From Felis catus (Eukaryota): a stretch of DNA of 64,000 nucleotides. This document shows positions 51,801 through 62,100 of the stretch, in pieces. How positions within the stretch are numbered: the stretch's first letter is position 1; each line of letters opens with the position of its first letter. Where the stretch lies: assembly GCF_018350175.1 (NCBI RefSeq), contig NC_058383.1:7752001-7816000 (forward strand), given 5' to 3'. Under the pieces are notes generated by a model, which was given only the letters and a program-made list of their open reading frames with translations, did no database searches and had not been told where the DNA came from. A program made the position numbers and the translations under genes.

Positions 51801-54800
51801 AGATGACTGTCCCCATGGGATAGTCCCAAGGGGCCAGCTCACAAGCAGAGGTTATGCAATATTGGAGTCATTCATTCCCAATATGGCTTTTGATGGTCAT
51901 CTCTGTTCCTACAATAAATATGTGCTGAGTACTCACTTTGGCTCAGCTAGGCTAGGCTGTGCAGAACATTCCATAATCCCGTGGCCCCACGCATGAGACG
52001 CTGGGCCAACCTAGTGGTCCAAGGCCCTCATCTCCATCCTGAGGAAAGCCAGGGGGGTCCCTGCATGTACAGGGAGCCCAGATGCTGAGTAGAACTTCAG
52101 GCGTGTTCAAGGCAGAACACAACATTCCAGAATCTTCTTCCAAAGGAACTTGCATATCCTGTCAAAACAGAGGAGTGACTGTTCTTGTCTCCCCTAATTG
52201 GTGGCCCCCCTGGGAAGGTTCCACGTGAGCACAGGCTCTGAGCCAGCGCTGTCCAGAAGAAATAGCACACAAGCCTCGTGCTTTATTTCACAGTTCCTAA
52301 TAGCCACATTTTTAAAAAGTAAAAAGAAACAGGTTAAATTAATTCCAGTAATGTAGTCAATCTCAAATACTCTCATTTCAACATGTAACTAATAATTATT
52401 AATGAGATCATTTATATTCCCTCCCCCCTCCATACTAATTCTTCAAAATCCAGTGTGTATGTTATACTTACGGCATATCTCAATTTGAGCCAGCCACGTT
52501 TCAAGAGCTCGATGGCCACATGTGGCTGGTAGCCACTGTATTGGACAGAGCCTTTAAGTCTGGGCTCCAGCAGGGGCACCTGCGTGGCTCAGTCAGTTAA
52601 GAGTCTGACTTTGGTTCAGGTCACGATCTCATGGTTCTTGGGTTTGAGCCCTGTGTCTGGCTCTGTGCTGACAGCTCAGAGCCTGGAGCCTGCCTTGGAT
52701 TCTCTGCCTCCCTCTCTCTCCACCCCTCCCCTGCTTGCATTCTGTCTCTGTCTCTCTCAAAAGTATGTAAACATTTAAAAAAAAAGATTTTTTAAAAAAA
52801 TCTGGGCTCCAGCATTCACTTGCTGGGTGACCTTGGGCAAGTGTCTCTATCTCTTTACATCTGTGTCTGTGTCTACGAAATGTGTACACAATAATTTCTA
52901 CCTACCTCATAAGGCTGTTGTGAAGCTGAAATTAGGTCTGAACACAGGCCAAGTACTTAATAAATGTTACCATTATTAGCTAATTATGGTAAATATCATA
53001 CACAACCTATTATGAGTGCATTAAACTAGGGGCATCTGGCTGGCCCAGCTGGTAGAGTGTGTGACTCTTGATCCCAGGGTTGTGAGTTCAAGCCCACGTT
53101 GGGCGTGGAGCCTACTTAAAAAAAAAAAGTGCATTAAGCTCTTCACTAGTGTCCAGTGGCTTGTCTCAGCTTCAGGTGTTCTTCCCCATGGATCACCTGA
53201 GTTCCTATCTGCCTCTTTGAGGACCACTTCCTCCCCCTCCTCCTTTTAACTAGTCTCCTGGGTGTCCCTGTGTCAGTGTTAGGATTAGTTTCAGCCTCAG
53301 AAAGATCTATCACAACCATTAGCATTAAGCATTTCTTGCCTGCCCCTGGAGTCATGTATGCATTTCTTATACATTCATTTATGCATTCAAGGAACGTTTC
53401 TTGAGTCCTTTCCACCCTCCCGAAATTGGGGCCATCCCAAACAGGGCATGGTCCTTGCTCTCCTAATGCTCTTAGATTCCACGGGATACATTGGATCTTG
53501 GTTCACTATGACACAGCATAGGTTTCTTTTTCTTTATTGTTTATTGTGGGGGGGGGGCAGGGGCAGAGAGAGAAGGAGAGAGAATCTCAAGCAGGCTCTC
53601 CACTGTCAGCAAAGAGACCAATGCAGGGCTTGAACTCACAAACCATAAAGTCATGACCTGAGCCGAAACTAGGAGTTGGAAGCTTAACTGACTGAGTCAT
53701 CCAGGCGCCCCAACAGCAAAGGTTTCTTGGATGAGAGCTCCTGCCAAGCGCTGTACTGTGTATTGCGGCTCTGTTAGTGAGTAAAGAGCCATGGTCCCTC
53801 ACAGAGTGCTTGCAATCAAACAATCACAGGAATTAATATGAAAGTACAGTTGTGGTAAGTCCTGGGAAGGAAGGGTACCCAAAGCTGTGAGGGTGACCTC
53901 GTCAGGGAGTCTGAGAAGTCTTCCTGAGAAAGTAGTGACCCTTGAGCTGGTTACATAAAAATGATCTAGAAAGGAGGGGGAAGGGCATTCCAGGACAAGA
54001 GGGAAGCACGTGCAAATGTCCTGTGGTGAGCAGGGCTATCTGGCAGGGCCGTGGGAAGAGGAAGAGTATGCGCCAAGTTAGGTCTGCAGGTGTGGTGGTG
54101 AAGGGGGAAGGACCCCAAGAGCTATAGTGTCTAACTCCGGACCCCCTGCTCCCAGCCTGGGGCAGAGTGGTTCAGCCCCAACTGCACAGAACGTTGCCGC
54201 TGCAGGCCTGGCAGTCGGATGGAGTGCCAGATCTCTCAGTGTGGGACTCACACAGTGTGCCAGCTGAAGAACGGCCACTACGGATGCCAACCCTACGGTG
54301 AGCCCCTCCCTGCACGCTACCCCGCCAGCCAGCTGGTCAGAGTGGGTATGACACCAGGGTCCCTTGACCAGAGGAGCTGGGGCATGCCACTGGGTGGGTG
54401 AGGTGCTGCTTGGAGCAGTGGCAGCAGCCCGCTGCCTGTGCCCCCCACCCCAGCAGGCACCGCCACCTGCGCCGTCTACGGAGACCCGCACTATCTCACC
54501 TTTGATGGAAGACACTTCAACTTCATGGGCAAATGCACCTACGTCTTGGCCCAACCTTGTGGCCACTCGACAGGTATGGCCCTGGAGATGCCTGGGCCAG
54601 GGGTCCAAGTTCAGAACAGCTGGGAACAGCGGGCGGCAGGAAAGGGCTGGGGAGCCGATGGGAGGAGCAAGATGGGAACAATGTCTTGGGTGACGTAAGA
54701 GTGGACATGTCCACCCCAGAAGCAGGACTTACTCAGGATGCCCTTTAAGAGAATGCCTCTTTAGGAGTTTGTCTCCCTGGCCAGCTTTTACTGAAGGCCT

Positions 54801-56090
54801 ACCTGGAATAATGGCAATGAAGGGACGAGAGAGCTATTACGAATGCCCTGCTCCAGAGGGTGCCCTGGCCCACTGAGGGGGCACAGAGTCTCAGCACAGT
54901 ACAGGCTATTCTGGAAGAAGGCAGACAGTCACGCCCCACTCTTTGTGCTCCTTTAGCCCCGCAGTGCCAGGTGTGGGCGCCACCCTCAGTGGACGCTCAG
55001 ACATGCTTGTTGAATGGGCCCCTGGGTGCTCTTCACCCCTCTCCCCACCCAGAGCCATTCTTCAGGGTGGCGGCAAAGAATGCAGATCGAGGACAGGAAG
55101 GCATGTCCTGCCTGAGCAAAGTCTACGTGACCCTGCATGAGATCACCATCACCCTGCTCAGGGACAGGCGCACGCTGGTGAGTCTGGTTTTCTGTTCAGT
55201 CCTGCCAATGCTTCCAGACCTTGGCTGTAGCCTGTCCTGTGGGCCGCGGTGTTCCAGCCAGCCCCTGCCACCTCCAGACCTCTCAGGGACGGGTTCCAGA
55301 GCATTCTGTGTGCTACTGAGGATTGCCGTGGATGCTGCCGTGCCTTCCAGCGTGGATGTGGGAATCTGTGGGGCGGCGGGGGGTGGTTCTCCTTGACTTT
55401 CCATCTGTCTCTGGGTGGGGTGTTCTCCTTGACTTTCTGTCTGTCTCCTGGTCTCCTCCCTTGCCCCGCCTACCAGGTTGGGGGGAAGCAAGTCTCTCTC
55501 CCAGCGGTACCTTCTAAAGGAAACTTCCTGGCTTCAAGTGGGCGGTTTGTGGAGCTGCAGACGGCGTTTGGTTTGCGGGTGAGATGGGATGGCAACCAGC
55601 AGCTGTATATAAGTGTGCCCAGGTGAGGGGTGCCCTTCGGTGCCGCTGCCACTCCCCCGACCTGCTCTGTCCCCTCCCCCTCCCAGGACCTTGCCCTCCT
55701 CCTCCCCCTCCCGTCCAGGCACTAATTTTCAATCTTTGGGTGGGAAGCATCTAGTTCCCGCCTCCCTTTGGATGAGGAGACAGGAGAAATTGGTTTCTGG
55801 GCAGAATGATAATAGCAGGATATACACACGATGCTTTGGGAATGTCCTAGAACGAGTGGCTAATGGGTCTTGGGAGCTTCCTGAAGAGTGGTCACTTGAC
55901 CCCAGTCTCAAGAAAGGGTGGTTCCCAGGACGGACAAACAAGGGAAAGAATGTCTTTGCAGATAGCAAACGGCAAATGCATGGAAAACCGGGAATGTGGG
56001 AATGTTGTCGTGGTGTGGTTTGAAATGCTGGGGTTTGGAGTCGACAATGAAAAAGAATTTTTTAAAAACATTTTTTAATGTTTATTTATT

Positions 56091-56135
<45 letters not shown>

Positions 56136-59100
56136 GCACGAGCGGGGAGGGGCAGAGACAGAGAAGGAGACACAGAATGTGAAGCAGGCTCCAGGCTCTG
56201 AGCTGTCAGCCCAGAGCCCGATGCAGGGCTTGAACTCATGAACCGAGAGATCATGACCTGAGCAAAGTCAAACACTTAACCGGCTGAGCCACCCAGGCAA
56301 CCCAAAAAGTGGTTTTATTAAAGCACAGGGACAGGACCCACGGGCAGAGAGAGCTGCACTGGGATTGAGGGGTGCCTGATTATAGACTTGGGAGTTGGGG
56401 AAGTAAAGGTAAGCAGAAGCTTCCAAAGGAGACTCAGGATCCCAGAGGTCTAGCTGTTGCCAAGCTATGGTTGTCCTTCCCTCTAACAAAGTATTAATAT
56501 TAAGACAGATGGAGTTCCTGGAGGAACATCTTACTCTGCCTGTCTCAAGTATTTGTTGGGGCACCTGGGTGGCTCAGTCGGTTAAGTGTCCAACTTCAGC
56601 TCGGGTCATGATCTCACGGTTCATGGGCTCGAGCCCCACGTTGGGCTCTCTGCTATCAGCACAGAGCCTACTTCAGATCCTCTGCCCCCCTCTCTCTGCC
56701 TCCCCCCCTGCTTGCTTGCGTGCACTCCCGCTTTCTCTCTCTCTCTCAAAAATAAATAAACATAAAAAAAAGAATTTGTCAAAGGGCTGCAGGTTGTAAG
56801 GAAATGTAATTTTATCTACATTTCTTTTTGCCTTTGGTTCCCACATTTGTAGGGCCAGCAAGAAGATGGGGCATGAGCGGAGTAGTGAGGATGGCTCGGG
56901 GGTGGGGGGGGAGGTCTGTGAGGTCCTTGTGCGCAGGGCGCCTGGCACAGGCTCTTGTTTGCAACGTGCGCCTGTTAGTCCTCCGATGTGTCCTGCCCGA
57001 GGCCCCCAGCTCTGCCCTTCCCTCTGCGTGGTCCCTCCAGGGACTGGAGCCCCTTCTCTCCATCAACGCCTCCTCCTCTCCTCCCACCCCCAGCACCTAC
57101 TCTAGCAAACTCTGTGGCTTCTGTGGCAACTATGACGGGGACGGTAGCAATGACAACCAGAAGCCCGACGGCAGCCCAGCGCTGGACGATGAGGAGCTGG
57201 GCCACAGCTGGCAGACGGCAGAGGACGAGGACAAGGAGTGAGGACGTGGCCACCCCTGCCTCTGCCCTTCTGAGAACCGTGCACCCTGACCGACATCACC
57301 CCTTTTCTTCCTTCTCCTCTCGCGCCTGCAACCCCCCCGCCCCCGCAACTTCTGTCATTCTTCTCCCTGCTCCCGTTCCGGCCAAGTTCAGGAACACCTC
57401 ACCACCACGCTTGCCCCCACGCTGTCAGTCGTCCTCAGGGGATGCCAAGCAGCCTCTGTTCCGGTTTGCTCGGTTCCAGGTTTTCCCACCTCCTCCCGGG
57501 CTTGGGGTTCAGCAGCTGTCCACTAGGGGCCGCCGAGAGCCGCGAGACTGCTGGGGTAGGGGCAGGGTGGAGACGAGCCTTCAGGGCCTGTTGGGGGGGG
57601 GGGTGTCTCTTCCAGGGGCCAGAAGAACCCGACAGTTCCTCCCTCGTGCGAGTCAGGCTTGCAGAACAGTCTGTCGGGACTACAGTTCTGTGGACGGCTC
57701 TTGGACACCCGCGGAGCCTTTGAGTATGAAGGAAGCCGGTTAGGGCCGCGGGAGGCAGGGTGGTCACTGAGCACCTGGCTCATTCCTCTGACCCAGCCTC
57801 TCTCCTCAGGGCATGTCTGCCTCACCTCAAGGCCTCCTCGTTCTTCCAGAGCTGCACGTTTGACATGTGTAAATTCCAGGGGCTGCAGCCAGTGCTGTGT
57901 GCCCATATGGCAGCCTTGACTGAGATCTGCCAGGATGCTGGCTATGCCGTGAGGCCTTGGAGGGGACCCCAATTCTGCCGTGAGTTGTGCCCCGCAGCAG
58001 GGCCCCTTCCTTCACCCACGGATGCGAGCAGAGGGTGGGCATCTGAGTGTTGGCACAGGCGTGGGGGACCCCTGGCTGAACCCCTCTGATCCCACACGTG
58101 CACAGGGAAATCTGCAGGCAGAAATAGCCATGGAGAAAAACCACAGTCCCTTACAGACTCAGAAAGCGCCCCCGGCCGCCTGAGGCTATGCGGGGCAATG
58201 CTTGCAGGTGTATCTGCACGGCCTCGATGTCCTCACGGCCTCTGGGGAGCCTGCTTAGGCGGCGGTGCCCTTGATCGAGCCCTCATGGGCTTTTTCTTCT
58301 GCCCTGTAGACAAGTGCATGTCTACACAGCAGCAGTGCTGAGACGTTTGGATCTGTCTGCTCCCCCAGATCTTTCTGCTCCCCCAGACCCGCCTCTTAGT
58401 AGCTCCCAGCAGGCCACTTTCTGGGCCCAGAGTGGAAGCCGAGCTCCTTGGTCACCCTTCTCCGGGTCACCCTCTGCTTCTCAGGATTGGGCAGAAGCCT
58501 CTAGCTGTGGGGCCCTCTGAACGCTGGGCTTTGAACCCACCTTCGTTCCCTTTTCCCTGTCCTGCCCTGTGCCCTTCTCACCTCTGCTTCTCCGTCCTCC
58601 AGCAATGACCTGCCCGCCCAACAGCACGTACACGCTGTGTGCCAGGGTGTGCCCCGCCACCTGCCATTCTTGGTTCTCTGGCATGGCCTGCCAGAACCGG
58701 TGTGTGGAGGGCTGTGAGTGCAACCCGGGCTTCGTCCTCAGCGGTCTCCAGTGTGTCCCCCACTCCCAGTGTGGGTGCCTCGAGCCCACAGTGGGCTACT
58801 TCAAGGTGAGCCTCTGGGCCCCCCACCCCCATGTGCACATTTGAAGCCAGACCCTCATCTCTGGTGTTTCTCTCTTCCTCCTTTGCCTGTCCCTTGCCCT
58901 GTCCCTGAGAACGACACTGGCGTCCATCACAGCCCTCTGCCCAGCTCTGGGTCGGCCTACTGAATACCCTGTCTGTGCCTTGCTTTCCCCTCAATTTTAC
59001 TTTGTCTGTAGTCCCTCTATCTCTGCTCTGCCCGCCCCCCACCACCTGTGCCTGTTGGAATCCTTCACCTCCTCTGAGGCTCTGTTCAAATGCTGCCTCC

Positions 59101-62100
59101 TTGAAGCCTTCCTGATAAGCAAAGTCAGAAGACGTTCCTCTAAACTTCCTGAGCAAGTGCTTATTGTCCGTGTTGATGGCAGGAAACTCTCACTGGGCCC
59201 CCTGATTGTCTTCTTTAGGTGCATATCCTGCTGGAACAGTTGATCCATTAGTTTACTTGTTTACTGCCCCCCCTCCCCACCCCCCCATCATGAGCTGTTA
59301 GGGCAGGAACATCGTCCACCCAGTTCATTCCTGAATCCCTAAGACCTAGCACAAACAGATATCTGTGGAAAAAGTGAAGGAACAAAGAAGTGAATGGCTG
59401 AGTAAGTGAGCCAATGCCAGGCTTGCAGCGAAGCCTGGAGCTTCGGGATGACAGGAATGGTCCCAGGGAGCAACCCACTGATCTGAGTAACAGACCTGGG
59501 AATGACCTCTTTCCTTTCTTCTTTCCATCCCCCAGGTAGGGGAGCGGTGGTTCAAGCCAGGCTGCAGACAGCTCTGTACCTGCGAGAGCAACAATAAAAT
59601 TCGCTGCACGCAGTGGAGGTGTCAGGCCCAGGAGGTCTGTCGTCAGCAGGATGGCATCTATGGCTGCCATGCCCTAGGTGAGCAGACGGGTGGAAGGTGA
59701 GTGGGGGGGGAGGGAGAGCTGCCCGTGTGACCTTGGGCGAGGGCATGGCTCTGCCCTAAAACAGGCACCCCAGAGAGCCGAGTCTAACGGGGGACTGGAA
59801 GGCAGTTGGCCCAAGCCTGAGCAGCCTCTGCGTGGACCCGGTGAGGTTGGGTCAGTCCCTATGCTTGACCTCTCTAGGCCGAGCCAACCACACGGATGAG
59901 CCAAGGATGAGCCAAGGGTCCCATTCCAGTGTGGACTCGCCCAGAGAGCAGCTCAGGGTCAGGGCACCTCTGAATTCCATCTCCTTCACCCCAGAGGCCG
60001 CCACCTGCACCGTCTCAGGGGACCCCCACTACCTGACGTTCGACGGAGCCTTGCACCACTTCACGGGCACCTGCAGCTACATCCTGACCAGGCCTTGCCA
60101 GTCTAGGTCCCTAGAGAACTACTTCATCGTGAGCGCCACCAATGAGTTTCGCAGTGGGAACTTGGAGGCCTCTTATGTCAGATCCGTTCACCTGCACATC
60201 TTCAACCTGAGAATCTCGCTCATCAAAGGCCACAAGGTCATGGTGCGTGCCTCCGCCCGCCTCCCCTGGCCCCTGCACCACCAGCATCTCTTCTCTGCAC
60301 CCTCCTTGCCCACAGGCCCACCTGTCTGGCTTCTAGAGCCCCTGGGGGAAGCCCACAGCAGATCCAGCCCCCAATTCCGCAGACACATCACCATCGATGT
60401 CTGCTGCCTCGTCCTGGCCCCGTTGTCCTTGTCCCAAGGGCTTCTCCCTACTGCGTCCTCCCTGCCTCTGTAGCTGAATGGTCGCCGAGTGGCCCTGCCT
60501 GTGTGGCCTGCACAAGGCCGGGTGAGCATAAGGCCTAGCGGTTCCTTTATCCTCCTCTACACGGACTTTGGGCTTCAAATTCGCTACGATGGGAAGCATC
60601 TGGCCGAAGTGACAGTGCCCTCCTCCTACGCTGGCTGGCTCTGCGGGCTGTGTGGTGAGTTCCCTGGGCATCAGCGGGCAAAGTGGGGACAATGGGCCAG
60701 AGTTTGTCCCAGACCGGCTCATCCACAGATTTCAGTAGGCGTCCTGAGGGCCTGTCTGCTTGTGCGTGCGGGTAGGTGTTAAAAGGCCAAAGGGAAAGAG
60801 AAAGAAAGATGAACCGTGGTCTGTTGAGTGAAGAGCGAGCTGTCTCTTCTAAGAGGAAGGTGGTGGTCCTGGGAGAGGGTGTATGGCTCTAACTGGACCC
60901 TCCTCCAGGCAACTACAACAACAATAGCCTGGATGACAATCTGCTCCTGGACAAAAGGCCTGTGGCCAGCTCGGATGGCCTGGGCGTCGCCTGGAAGCTC
61001 CCTGATTACTCTGAAACAGGGTGAGCTGGGAATGCGGGGAGCCAGAGCTGGGGAGGAGCCTCGGCGGGCAGCCTGGGGGGTCCTCTGTGCGTCCCTGATC
61101 TCTCCGGAGGCGAACTGACCCAAGGTTGTTGTCCCCCGCCGGCCCGCTTGCCTCCTGCACTTACTCATCTGTCTCTTTGGAGAGCCCCCTTGGGAATCCC
61201 ATCCTGAGTGCCAGACGCTTTCCTTCCTGTTGCATCTTCTGACCTTGTTGCTTGAGGGACCACTTTGTTCTCTTCTTATTCCCCTCCCATTTTCCCTCTC
61301 CACTGTCGCTTCAGTTTTGGGGAAGCTTCCTCCAATCCTAAATTCCTGTCCCTTCCCCTCTCCTTGTTCAGCTGCTTTGCTAAGGGTCCGAAGCCCTCCA
61401 GATGCCAGGAGAACCGAGGGGCAAACAGCTGGGAAAAGAACTGTGATGTCTTAATGGACCCTCAGGGTAAGCCACATCCCTTGGTGGCCGCAGCGCTCTC
61501 CTCCCCTGGCCAGAGACAGAGGAGGGGGACTGGTCAGGCAGGGAGGAAGGATGAGACAGGAAATAGAAAGTCAGAGGGAAGGCAAGCGGAAGGTAAGGCA
61601 GAGGCAGTGTTCACCTCGGGAGCTCTGATGGACCTTTTTTCTTTGCATCTCAGACAGCACTTTCTCAATAGTGACGGGTTTTGATTGAAATGGATGTTGA
61701 ATGCACTGCGGGGCAGCCGCGTGGTTCTTTCCCCTTCCAGGCTGACTCTCTGCCCTCACACCTACATTGTTTCATCTTCCAGGACCCTTCTCTCAGTGCC
61801 ACGGGGTGGCGCCTCCCCAGTCCAGCTTCGCCAGCTGTGTGTATGGCCAGTGTGGGACCAAGGGGGACACCCTGACCCTGTGCCGCTCCCTGCAGGCCTG
61901 TGCATCCCTGTGTGCCCATGCCGGCCGGGCCCCTTCCTGGCGGAATGGCGCCTTCTGCCGCGAGTGACCCGACCACCTGCTCCCGAAGCAGCCCGGAGGA
62001 GGCTGCCAGAACCCCTGTCTCTCTTCCTGTCCTTAAAGTCTGCTCCTCTGCTCTTCTGTCACAGCCCGGCCCTCAGCCCCATGTGGAACCCCCATCCCGT

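Noticed and set aside
55386..55452. 36-bp duplication before a ZAN acceptor (and an 18-bp one at ~58351-58386)
   Set aside because: Small intronic slippage duplications; splice sites intact.
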